From NCBI GenBank assembly GCA_965224245.1, contig OZ245046.1, forward strand, positions 1,152,001 to 1,216,000: DNA of 64,000 nt. Reading direction: 5' to 3'. The DNA is from Candidatus Eiseniibacteriota bacterium (GTDB taxonomy: Bacteria > Eisenbacteria > RBG-16-71-46 > CAZAMP01). Made by a program: the position numbers and the translations under genes. Shown here one piece after another: positions 10,096 to 19,119 of the stretch (within the stretch, counting starts at the first letter, position 1; each line of letters begins with the position of its first letter). The notes under the pieces are model-generated. The model searched no databases. It had not been told where the DNA came from and worked only from the letters and a program-made list of their open reading frames with translations.

Positions 10096-10256
10096 CCGGG
10101 ACCTCCCCACGGCATCGCTCTCCGTACCAGGTTACACCTCGGACCGCGATTGCGCCTCTCCAGATGAGGACCGAGGCGCCCGGTGTGTCTTCCGAGCTCA
10201 TCTCCTACCCGGCAGCTTCGCGTCGTACTGGAGGTCGATGTACGTAAAATATTGAA

Positions 10257-10269
10257 AATCAACATCTTG
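10257..10269 (+). promoter_or_regulatory. IHF-like binding site AATCAACATCTTG
   Basis: Exact match to WATCAANNNNTTR with an upstream A/T tract, in the sigma/VOC divergent region. Confidence 0.5.
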
Positions 10270-10456
10270 GGGTGCTCGAAAGCCCGAGCGACGCCGATCT
10301 CCACGGGCCCCGACTCGCCGAACGGGATCGACGCGCCCGCATTCGAGTCGAGCCACCGCACACGGTTTCCGTATCATGCCGTGATCGAACAGGAGCAGGG
10401 CGGGCCGGCAGCGGGGTGGGGTGCCGGGGACGCCGCGGGCCGAGAGGAGAGATCGC

Positions 10457-10861
10457 ATGACCGACGCGGATCGATTCGAGATCGTCGGGCTCGACTACGT
10501 GAGCATGTACGTGCAGGACTACGAGGCCGCGCTGGCCTGGTACACCCGCCTGTTCGGCGAGCCGGTGGGCACGATGGACAGGATCCGGGGCTGGAAGCTC
10601 GGAAGCACCTACCTGACGCTCCTCGACGCCAGCCGCGGTACCCACCCCGGCAGCAACCCGCGAAACGCCGAGTACGGCATCCGGGTAGCGAGCCCCGGCG
10701 CGGTGGATCGGCTCTACGACGCGCTGCTGGACGCCGGAGCCACGTCCTGCATGGCACCCGAGGACGGCGAGATGTACGAGCCGATGCGATTCGCCGCCGT
10801 GGACGATCCGTTCGGCATGCGAATCGACGTCTTCTGCCCGATCGGAAGCGCGGTCACCTGA
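10457..10861 (+). CDS. VOC (glyoxalase/bleomycin resistance) family protein
   Basis: LDYVSMYVQDYEAALAWYTRLFG and FAAVDDPFGMRIDV; AGGAGA SD. Confidence 0.85.
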   Translation: MTDADRFEIVGLDYVSMYVQDYEAALAWYTRLFGEPVGTMDRIRGWKLGSTYLTLLDASRGTHPGSNPRNAEYGIRVASPGAVDRLYDALLDAGATSCMAPEDGEMYEPMRFAAVDDPFGMRIDVFCPIGSAVT

Positions 10862-10927
10862 CCCGGCGGCGGACGGGCCGACCTGCGAGGTCTGCCACGA
10901 GTCGCCGGACCGCGGCCGGCGTCGCCC

Positions 10928-11599
10928 TCACGGCGACTTCGCAGCGGCTCTCGCCGCGGCCAGGATCACGTCCGGATCGCAGCGGATCTTGTAGTTCGGG
11001 TTCACGTAGCTGAACGTGATCGTGCCGCTCTCGTCGACCACGAACACCGACGGCACCGGCAGGGCCTGGGTGACGCTGGCGCTGTTGCCCTCGATGTCCA
11101 GACCGAAGTCGCCCAGTCGCTTGATGTAGCTCTCGGCCACGCGAAACGCGAGACCGAACGCTTCCGCGGCATGCAGATCGAAGTCGGACAGAAGCGTGTA
11201 GTCGATCTCCCCACTCTCGCGCGTGACGCGCAGGCGCTCGGGGGAGTCCCCGCCGACGGCCACCAGGTCTACCCCGAGCTCCGCGAGTGGTCCCGCGATG
11301 TCGCGAAGCCCGGCCAGCTGGGTGTCGCAGAACGGGCACCAGCCGCCGCGGAAGAACACGAGCACCGTCACCCGTCCCGCCACCGCGTCGGCGATCGAGA
11401 GGGCGTCGCCGTCGATCGTGCGCACCTCGGCGTCGGGCACCGGAGACCCGATCAGAATCGGTCGGATGGACTCGGCGTTGGGCGCGATCTCGGCCCGGGC
11501 GGACGGCGCGCTCACCGCGGCTGCGAGTGCAGTGATGGCGCAGATCCGGACGATCGCGCCGATCGTGCCGATCGGGTCGAAGCCGAACAGAAACGACAT
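10928..11599 (-). CDS. Exported peroxiredoxin-like (AhpC/TSA) protein
   Basis: Signal-peptide-like N-terminus; VLVFFRGGWCPFC, LLSD and LPVPSVFVVD..G.I.F.YVNPNY. Confidence 0.85.
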   Translation of the reverse strand: MSFLFGFDPIGTIGAIVRICAITALAAAVSAPSARAEIAPNAESIRPILIGSPVPDAEVRTIDGDALSIADAVAGRVTVLVFFRGGWCPFCDTQLAGLRDIAGPLAELGVDLVAVGGDSPERLRVTRESGEIDYTLLSDFDLHAAEAFGLAFRVAESYIKRLGDFGLDIEGNSASVTQALPVPSVFVVDESGTITFSYVNPNYKIRCDPDVILAAARAAAKSP

Positions 11600-11654
11600 C
11601 GTAGGGTCCTCCGATGCTCGGCGAGGCGACGCGGCGGGCCGGCCGCATTCGACG

Positions 11655-14600
11655 TCAGCTCGCGCTCGCCATCTCCTCGATCTCGGCGTGACGGTCGCGT
11701 ATGCGCGTGAAGCGGGACATGGCCGCGTATACCGCCGGCACCAGGATCAGCGTCAGGAACGTGGACACGAACATGCCTCCCACGATCGCGACGCCGAGCG
11801 GCTGCCGTGACTCGGCGCCGGCGCCGAGCCCGAGCGCGATCGGCAGAACGCCCACGATCGTCGAGAAGGACGTCATCAGGATCGGTCGGAGCCGGATCCG
11901 GGCCGCCTCCTGCACCGCCTCGGCCGGCTCGCGACCCCGTGCGCGCAGCTGGTTGGCGAACTCGACGATCAGGATGGAGTTCTTGGTGACCAGCCCGATG
12001 AGGATCACGAGCCCGATCTGCGAGTAGATGTTGAGCGAGAGCCCGAACAGGCCGAGCGAGAAGATCGCCCCGACCACGGCCAGCGGAACCGACAAGAGGA
12101 TCGACAGCGGATGCACGAAGCTCTCGAACTGCGCGCTCAGCACGAGGAAGATGAACACGACGGCCAGGATGAACATGAAGTACAGCTTCGAGCTCGACTC
12201 GCGAAACTCGCGCGACTGCCCGGCGAGGTCGGTTCGAACGCCGGGGGGCAGGGACTCGCGCGCGATCGCGTCGAGCGCATCGAGCGCGCTGCCGACGCTG
12301 GTTCCCGGGGCGAGATTGGCGGTGAGCGTGGCCGAGCGGACGCGGTTGTAGTGGTTGAGTTCCTTCGGTGACACGGACTCCCGCACGCTGATCACGTTGG
12401 CCAGCTGGATGAGCCCGCCGGTCTCCGAGCGCAGGTAGATCTCGTCGATGACGTCGGGCGTCGCGCGCTCGCGGGGGCGCAGCTGCACGATGACGTCGTA
12501 TTGCTTGGTCCCGCGCTTGAACTCCGAGGCGACGCGTCCGCCCAGGAGCGTCTCCAGCGTCGTGCCGATGTCCGTCACCGAGACCCCCAGGCGCGCCGCG
12601 CGCTCCCGGTCGATCCGGATGTCGAGCTCGGGCTTGTTCAGTCTCAGATCGGAGTCGAGGTTGATCAGGTAGCCGAGCTCGGACGCCTTCGCCATCATCG
12701 TGGAGACCGCCGTCTGCAGCGTGGCATAGCTGTCGGCGAGCAGCACGTACTCGATCGGACTGGACGAGAAGCGTCCCCCGAGGCTGGGTGGGTTGATCAG
12801 GAACGCCAGCACGCCGGGGATGGAGAAGGTCTGCGGAAAGAGCTCCTGCACGACCTGCTGCTGTGACTTCTCACGCTGGTCGCGCGGCTTCAGTCGAAAG
12901 AAGATGAACCCGTTGGTCACGCGGCCCGGTCCGCCGAAGCCGAGGCCGGTTGCGGTGAAGAGTCCCTGGTGCTCGGGTCGCGACAGCAGGATCTGCTCGA
13001 GTTGTCGCATGTAACGATCGGTGTAATCGAGGGTTGCGCCCTCGGGTGCGATGACCACTCCGAACGCGATCGACCGATCCTCGGTGGGGATCAGCTCCCG
13101 CGGCAGCGACCGGAAGACCACGATGCTTCCCGCGAATACCGCGAGCGCGATCGCGAACGCGATGAGCCGGTGCCGGACCACGACCCCCAGCGTCCGGGCG
13201 TAGATGTGGTCGAGCCCGTCGAAGAACCGGTCGAAGCTCCGGTTCGCCCAGTTCTGCCGCTCGGCCGTGGACGGCTTCAGGAGCTTCGAGCAGAGCATCG
13301 GCGTCAGTGTCAGCGCCACGAAGCTCGAGATGGCCACGGCCACGGCCAGCGAGATCCCGAACTCGTTGAACAGCCGCCCCACGGTTCCGGTCAGGAACGC
13401 GAGGGGGAGGAATACGGCCACCAACGCCAGCGTCGTGGCCACGATGGCGAACCCGACCTCGCGTGCGCCGTCCCAGGCCGCGCGGAGCGGGGGCTTGCCC
13501 ATCTCGACGTGGCGATACACGTTCTCGAGCATCACGATCGCGTCGTCCACCACGAGCCCGATGGCCAGCACGAAGGCCAGGAGCGTCAGGATGTTGATCG
13601 TGAACCCCATGAAGTACATCATGGCGAAGGCGCCGATGATCGAGATCGGAATCGTGGCCGCCGGCATCAGCGTGGCGCGTACGCTCTTCAGAAACGCGAG
13701 CACGACGAGGAGCACGAGACAGACCGCGAACACGATCGTCTTGACCACCTCGTTGATCGAGTCGCGGATGAACACCGACGAATCGTATGCGGTCGTCAGC
13801 AGGGTCGCTTCCGGCAGGAGCGACCGGAGCTCGGGCAGCGCGCGCTGGATCTCGTCCGCCACCTCGACCGTACTGGCCTTGGTTTGCTTGACGATTCCGA
13901 GGCCGATGGACGGGATGCCGTTGAACCGCGTGATCGTGCGATCGTCCTCGGGGCCCACCACGACGTCGGCCACGTCGCCCAGGCGAACCTTGTAGTCGCC
14001 CTCCTGGCTGACGATGATGGCGGAGAACTCGTCCGCGGTGGACAGGTCGCCGCGGGTGCGAACCGAGAACTCGCGCTCGGCGCCCTCGACCCGGCCGCCG
14101 GGGATCTCGGCGTTCTCCTCCCGGATCGCTCGCTCGACGTCGCCCGTGGTGAGGCCGTGGGCGGTGAGCCGTGCGGGGTCGAGCCACACGCGCATCGCGT
14201 AGCGCCGCTCGCCGCCGATGAACACCGAGCCCACGCCGGGCAGCCGCTGAAGACGGTCCTTCAACACCACATCGGCGAACTCGCTCAGGTCCAGCGTCGA
14301 CAGCCGCTCGCTGGACAGGGCCAGCCAGATGATCGGCTGCGCGTTGACGTCGACCTTCGCGATGATCGGGTCGTCCGACTCGCTCGGGAGTCGGCCCTTG
14401 ATTCGGGACACGCGATCGCGGACGTCGTTGGCCGCCTCGTCGACGTCCCGGCTCAGCTCGAACTCGATCGTGATCGACGAGCCCTGCTCCTGGCTGGACG
14501 ACGTGATCGTCTTGACGCCGTCCAGCGTCGACAGCGACTCCTCGATCACGTCGGTGATCTCGGTCTCCACGACGGTGGGGCTCGCACCGCGATAGAACGT

Positions 14601-14744
14601 GGTGATCGACACGATGGGCGGGTCGATGTCCGGATACTCCCGAACCGGCAGCCGCGAGAAGCCGATGACGCCGAAGATGATGATGACGAGGCTCATGACG
14701 GTCGCGAAGACCGGTCGCGCGATCGAGACCTCGCTGAGCTTCAT
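11655..14744 (-). CDS. RND efflux transporter permease (AcrB/MexW-like)
   Basis: RPVFATV, LPVREYP, AIGLVVDDAIVMLEN, GLVTKNSIL and RLRPILMT; 1029 aa. Confidence 0.95.
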   Translation of the reverse strand: MKLSEVSIARPVFATVMSLVIIIFGVIGFSRLPVREYPDIDPPIVSITTFYRGASPTVVETEITDVIEESLSTLDGVKTITSSSQEQGSSITIEFELSRDVDEAANDVRDRVSRIKGRLPSESDDPIIAKVDVNAQPIIWLALSSERLSTLDLSEFADVVLKDRLQRLPGVGSVFIGGERRYAMRVWLDPARLTAHGLTTGDVERAIREENAEIPGGRVEGAEREFSVRTRGDLSTADEFSAIIVSQEGDYKVRLGDVADVVVGPEDDRTITRFNGIPSIGLGIVKQTKASTVEVADEIQRALPELRSLLPEATLLTTAYDSSVFIRDSINEVVKTIVFAVCLVLLVVLAFLKSVRATLMPAATIPISIIGAFAMMYFMGFTINILTLLAFVLAIGLVVDDAIVMLENVYRHVEMGKPPLRAAWDGAREVGFAIVATTLALVAVFLPLAFLTGTVGRLFNEFGISLAVAVAISSFVALTLTPMLCSKLLKPSTAERQNWANRSFDRFFDGLDHIYARTLGVVVRHRLIAFAIALAVFAGSIVVFRSLPRELIPTEDRSIAFGVVIAPEGATLDYTDRYMRQLEQILLSRPEHQGLFTATGLGFGGPGRVTNGFIFFRLKPRDQREKSQQQVVQELFPQTFSIPGVLAFLINPPSLGGRFSSSPIEYVLLADSYATLQTAVSTMMAKASELGYLINLDSDLRLNKPELDIRIDRERAARLGVSVTDIGTTLETLLGGRVASEFKRGTKQYDVIVQLRPRERATPDVIDEIYLRSETGGLIQLANVISVRESVSPKELNHYNRVRSATLTANLAPGTSVGSALDALDAIARESLPPGVRTDLAGQSREFRESSSKLYFMFILAVVFIFLVLSAQFESFVHPLSILLSVPLAVVGAIFSLGLFGLSLNIYSQIGLVILIGLVTKNSILIVEFANQLRARGREPAEAVQEAARIRLRPILMTSFSTIVGVLPIALGLGAGAESRQPLGVAIVGGMFVSTFLTLILVPAVYAAMSRFTRIRDRHAEIEEMASAS

Positions 14745-15844
14745 GGTGCGGGCTCCGTCGCACCGCCGCTCTGGATGGGCATCACCCGTGCGCCCGGGAA
14801 GAGCTTCTGGTGACCGGCCCGAACCACCCGCTGGCCCGCGGTCAGTCCGTCCAGCACCTCGACGTCGGCCTCGAGCCGCGTGCCCAGGCGGACAGCCGCC
14901 CGCGCCACGGTGCTGTCGGGATTCACCACGAACACCAGCGTCTGGTCGCCCTCGGCGAACACCGCCTCGGACGGGATGGTCAGGGCGTCGAGGCGCTGAC
15001 TCAGGATGGCCGACACGTCGGCCGACATGCCCGGTCGCAGGCGCTCGCCGGTATTCTCGGCCACCGCGATGACCTCGACGCTCCGGGTCTCGGGATCGAG
15101 CACGGGATCCACCACCTGCACGGTGCCGGACACCGGGTCGTCGGGGTAGGCGGTCGTCGAGATTCGCACCGGAGCGCCCGGCGCCAGCTTCGGCACGAAG
15201 CGCTCGGGGGCGGTGAATACGACCTTGACCACGCCGATGTCCGACAGCTCCGTGATCGGCGTGCCGGGCTGGACGAACGCGCCGGGGCTGATCAGCTTGG
15301 TGCTCGTGCGCCCCGCGAACGGCGCTAGAATGCGTGTCTTGGCCAGCCGGGCCCGCGCGAGTGCGATGTCGGCCTCGGCGATCGCCAGCTCGGCCACGGC
15401 GTCGTCGAGATCCTGCGCGCTACCCGCTCCCTGTCCCGCGATGCGCTCGACGCGCTCGTAGGCGGCCTTCTTCTGGGCGCCGATCGCCTCGGCGCGGCTG
15501 AGCGCCGCGCGCAGCTCGGCGTCGTCGAGCTGGGCCAGGAGCGCGCCCTCCGCCACGCGGGATCCCTCTTCGAACGGCATCCGCGCGATCTTTCCCGGCA
15601 CCTCCGAGACGACGGTGATCTCCTCGTTGGCCGTGATCGTGCCGACGGCGTCGAACCGGTCGGCGACCGGGCCCTGCCGGACCTCGGCGATCTCGACCGG
15701 TGTGGGCGGGCGCCGAAAGCCGCCGGCAGCGGCGCCTCCGGCCGCGTCGTCGCCCGAGCAGCCGGCGGCCGTCGTCGCGATCGCGATCACGCCGGCGGTC
15801 ACGGCGTCGCCGATGCGCGGACCTGTGCGTGGACGTCTCCGCAT
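14741..15844 (-). CDS. RND efflux periplasmic adaptor subunit, probable lipoprotein
   Basis: AAGC lipobox-like; FEEGSRV..G.LLAQLD, IL-APFAG and LRPGMSA; stop overlaps the RND ATG. Confidence 0.92.
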   Translation of the reverse strand: MRRRPRTGPRIGDAVTAGVIAIATTAAGCSGDDAAGGAAAGGFRRPPTPVEIAEVRQGPVADRFDAVGTITANEEITVVSEVPGKIARMPFEEGSRVAEGALLAQLDDAELRAALSRAEAIGAQKKAAYERVERIAGQGAGSAQDLDDAVAELAIAEADIALARARLAKTRILAPFAGRTSTKLISPGAFVQPGTPITELSDIGVVKVVFTAPERFVPKLAPGAPVRISTTAYPDDPVSGTVQVVDPVLDPETRSVEVIAVAENTGERLRPGMSADVSAILSQRLDALTIPSEAVFAEGDQTLVFVVNPDSTVARAAVRLGTRLEADVEVLDGLTAGQRVVRAGHQKLFPGARVMPIQSGGATEPAP

Positions 15845-15851
15845 CTGATCC

Positions 15852-17468
15852 CTACTCCTGTGACGCGGGGTCGGGGAAACCCGCCGTGAGGTAATCCAGC
15901 TCGGCCGCGGCCCGGGCACTTCTGACCAGTGCCTGCGAGTGGCGCTGCTGCGCCGACGCGAGGTCGGCGCCGAGGCGAACGAGCTCGAACGCGGTCGAGC
16001 GACCGTTGTCATACTCGATCAGTCCGATGCGAACCTGCTCGAAGGCGGCGGCGACGCCTTCCTGAGCGATCTCGAGCCGCTCCCGGCTGTTCACCACCGC
16101 CCGGTGGGCGGCGCGCAGCCGAGTCTCGATCGAGTCCTCCAGCGCCGCCAGTCGAGCCTGGGCACGATTCACCTCGGCCCCGAGACGTGCGCGCTCGCCG
16201 CGGCCCTCGTTCATCATCAGCGGCCACGAGAGCTCGAGCCCGACCGACCAGCTCGGGAAGTCGCGTGCGAGGCTCTGATCGATCGCCTCGCCGTAGCCAC
16301 CGTCGGCGCCCACGCGCAGCGTGTCGCCGCCGAAGATCACCTCGCGCGTTGATCCGGCGAGCCCGGTGCCGCCCAGCGTGCCGACCAGATCGAGGCTGGG
16401 CAGCGCCTCCAGTGCAGCCCCTCGGGCATCCGCTTCGGCGGACGCGAGCATCAGCCGGGCGGCGCGGATCGAGGCGTTCCGATCGAGCGCGCGCTCCAGC
16501 AGCACCTCGATCGGCTCGAGCCCCTCACGCTCGGGGGGAGTGGTGGTCGGCCGGTAGCGCACCGCCTGGCCGGGGCGAGCTCCGATCAGGGCCGCGAGCC
16601 GATCCGAGACCGCGTCGAGGGCTTCCTCGCGGTCCATCGCCGAGAGCTTCTGGTCGGCCAGGAAGACGCGCGCGCTCGCGACGTCGGCCGGACCGACGAG
16701 CCCGGCGTCGCGTCGCAGACGCGCCTCGTCCAGAAGCGCCTCGGCCCGATCCACGATCACGCGCTGGACCGCGAGATCCCGCTCGGCCGCATAGAGCTCC
16801 CAGTACGTGGTCTCGACCTGCATGCGCACGAGATGGCGCGCGTCCCTGAGCGCTTCCGCCGCCGATCGCGCCCGCCGCCGGGCCGCCGTCCGGGGCGCCG
16901 AGGTGCCGGCCCCCAGCCCGCGCAGGAGCGGCTGGCGCAGCTCGAGACGGGCGTTGGCCCGATACTCCGGATCGATCGACGCGAACTCCGAGTTCGTGTC
17001 CAGACGTTGCGCGTCGAGAGCGGCTTCGAGCTCGGTCCCGATGGGGAGACGGAGGCGTAGGCCGGCACGACTCTCGGTCAGCTCGTCCTCGATGACGTCG
17101 GGTCGGGAGAATGGCGACGAGGAGGGCGTCTCCGACCCCGAGCGCGTGATCTCGGCGAAGAGCTCGGGGTCGAACGTACCTCGCTCTCGCTGAGCGGCGC
17201 CTTCGGCGGCGGCGGCGGCGGCCAGGGCCTCACGCACGTCGGTCGCGTTGGCCAGCGCCAGCGACACGGCCGTCTCCAGAGACAGCGGCTCGCCGACGAT
17301 GGCCTGGAGCTCGACGGTCAGGAAGCTGTCCGGATCGGCCGGCAGCGGCGCCACGTCGGCCACCGCGGGGGCGGCGGTCAGGATGGGGAAGGCGCCGACG
17401 AACGCGAGACTCACGAGCCCGCCTCGAGCACCGGGAACGCGCGAACGACGCGGGACGAAGCATGCCAT
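15852..17468 (-). CDS. TolC family outer membrane efflux protein
   Basis: LSLETAVSLALAN, LRQPLLRG, VETTYWEL, LPSLDL and YDNGRST; start placed at ATG 17468 (AGGAG and promoter upstream). Confidence 0.88.
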   Translation of the reverse strand: MACFVPRRSRVPGARGGLVSLAFVGAFPILTAAPAVADVAPLPADPDSFLTVELQAIVGEPLSLETAVSLALANATDVREALAAAAAAEGAAQRERGTFDPELFAEITRSGSETPSSSPFSRPDVIEDELTESRAGLRLRLPIGTELEAALDAQRLDTNSEFASIDPEYRANARLELRQPLLRGLGAGTSAPRTAARRRARSAAEALRDARHLVRMQVETTYWELYAAERDLAVQRVIVDRAEALLDEARLRRDAGLVGPADVASARVFLADQKLSAMDREEALDAVSDRLAALIGARPGQAVRYRPTTTPPEREGLEPIEVLLERALDRNASIRAARLMLASAEADARGAALEALPSLDLVGTLGGTGLAGSTREVIFGGDTLRVGADGGYGEAIDQSLARDFPSWSVGLELSWPLMMNEGRGERARLGAEVNRAQARLAALEDSIETRLRAAHRAVVNSRERLEIAQEGVAAAFEQVRIGLIEYDNGRSTAFELVRLGADLASAQQRHSQALVRSARAAAELDYLTAGFPDPASQE

Positions 17469-17520
17469 GTGGGCTCGCGCTCTCCTGAGTGACGGGACGG
17501 CGGACGTTCGAAGTGGGGTA

Positions 17521-17548
17521 ACGGTACCGGCCGGTCGGCGGGTGTCAA
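17521..17548 (-). promoter_or_regulatory. Sigma70-type promoter for the tolC-MFP-RND operon
   Basis: TTGACA-16 nt-TACCGT on the minus strand, about 50 nt upstream of ATG 17468. Confidence 0.6.
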
Positions 17549-17725
17549 GGACCATCCGGCGGCGCGAGGACGTGCCAGCCGTCGCCGGTGGGTAAATGGC
17601 TCACGAGCTGGAGTTGCGAGCCGGCGCGAGAGGTCGGGCGGTCGGCGCCCGGGAGCGCCGCGCGGTCGCGACGCCGCGGCCTCCCGACCCCGGACGCGCG
17701 CGAGGTACCGCGGGTGCGGCGTCAC

Positions 17726-17938
17726 TCACTGCGCGTCGTCGTCGTCCCGGTCGTCGTCGTCGTCGTCGTACTCGTCCGCGTCCCTGTCGTCGGCGTCGCC
17801 GTCGGCGGGCTCGGCGTTCTCGCCCAGGGCGGCGCGCTCCTTCTTCAGTCGCTTCTTCTCGAGCTTGGCTTCCTGCTTCTTCTTGCGCTTGAGCTCCTTC
17901 TGACGTTTCTCGAAACCATAGTGGCCGCGCTTCGCCAT
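17726..17938 (-). CDS. Small protein with Lys-rich N-half and Asp-rich tail (70 aa)
   Basis: MAKRGHYGFEKRQKELKRKKK...DDDD; GAGAGG SD; GC-rich third positions. Confidence 0.8.
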   Translation of the reverse strand: MAKRGHYGFEKRQKELKRKKKQEAKLEKKRLKKERAALGENAEPADGDADDRDADEYDDDDDDRDDDDAQ

Positions 17939-18115
17939 GACACCTCTCTTCGATGATGGACAGGATCGCTGCCTGGCGAGCGGCCGGTGCGACCCGGGGA
18001 GTGAACGCCGGGCATGTCGGGCGCTGGAACGTCGCCCGAGCCCGGGTTCGGTGTGACGACCCGCGAGGCGGATCGTACGTCGATCGACGCGACGGGCGCC
18101 GATCGAACGGGTGAG

Positions 18116-18144
18116 ACCGTACCATCGCGGGCCAGCGTCTTCAA
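18116..18144 (-). promoter_or_regulatory. Sigma70-type promoter giving a ~170 nt leader to the small K/D protein
   Basis: TTGAAG-17 nt-TACGGT. Confidence 0.5.
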
Positions 18145-18145
18145 C

Positions 18146-18841
18146 TCACCGGCCATCGGGGCACGCGCGTCCCGTGTGTGCGTCGTTCCGTGACAGCACG
18201 ACCCAGAATGCGGCCGCCGACGCGACGTAGAAGAGCCAGTGCGCGGACAGGCTCCAGACGATGCCGTCCCGGAGGTGCAGGATGAGGACCGGGAACACGA
18301 TGGCCGCGACCAGCGAGCTGATCAGGTAGTACCACCCGAAGAGGCGTCCGACGAGCCGGAACAGGAGCACGTGGCTGGCCCCGAATAGGGTCATGCACCC
18401 GAGCACGATGGCCACCGTGGACGCGCCGCGGGCGTCGAGCAGGCACACGAGCGACACCAGCAGGGTCTGCTGAAACAGGATCTCGAACGGCTTCGAGACC
18501 AGGTACCGATCGTCGAGGCGGAGCCAGTAGATGTGCGGATGTGCGGCGATGAACGCCGACGGTCGTCGCAGGCGTGCCCGGAGGAAGGCGTGCACGGCCA
18601 CCGCGACACCCGCCACGCCGAGGACGGCGAGGCCGGTCACCGGTGCCGTACTCGTGACGCGCGTGCGCACGAGGGGCCAGAACGGCTGGACGGCGATCAG
18701 CGTGAGGACGACGAACGTCGCGGCCACGCGCACGGGACGCGTGACGTAGTCGATCCCGCGTCGCACCAGGATCACGAACGAGGCTCCTCCCGCGAGCCAC
18801 AGGACGAGCCACAAGGCGAGCTGTCCGCTCAACGACGTCAT
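18146..18841 (-). CDS. Multi-pass membrane protein, divergent CPBP (CAAX/Abi) family-like
   Basis: Several hydrophobic helices; FEILFQQ, LFGASH and AHWLFY resemble the three CPBP motifs; GGAG before ATG 18841. Confidence 0.6.
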   Translation of the reverse strand: MTSLSGQLALWLVLWLAGGASFVILVRRGIDYVTRPVRVAATFVVLTLIAVQPFWPLVRTRVTSTAPVTGLAVLGVAGVAVAVHAFLRARLRRPSAFIAAHPHIYWLRLDDRYLVSKPFEILFQQTLLVSLVCLLDARGASTVAIVLGCMTLFGASHVLLFRLVGRLFGWYYLISSLVAAIVFPVLILHLRDGIVWSLSAHWLFYVASAAAFWVVLSRNDAHTGRACPDGR

Positions 18842-19119
18842 CGCGACACTCCGTCTCCGCCGGTCGCCCGGCCGACCCGATCCGAGTATCGCATCATTGG
18901 GACTGGAACGTCGGTGCATCCCGGATGGCGCCGCATCCGGGCGACGTCCGCGTGCGGGGTGAATGCCCACCCCGGCCGTGACCTGGCGGGACTCGGCCGG
19001 TGCCGCCGCTTCAGAGGCTCGTATCCGCCGCGGCCACATCGGCCACGGCGAGCCCTGCTATGCTCGTTGCGTCGGATTTCACCTCAGGTCCCCGCAACAC
19101 CACTCTTTCGGAGGGACGA

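Noticed and set aside
11320-11350. Possible selenocysteine in the redoxin CxxC motif
   Set aside because: Both positions are TGC Cys codons in an uninterrupted frame
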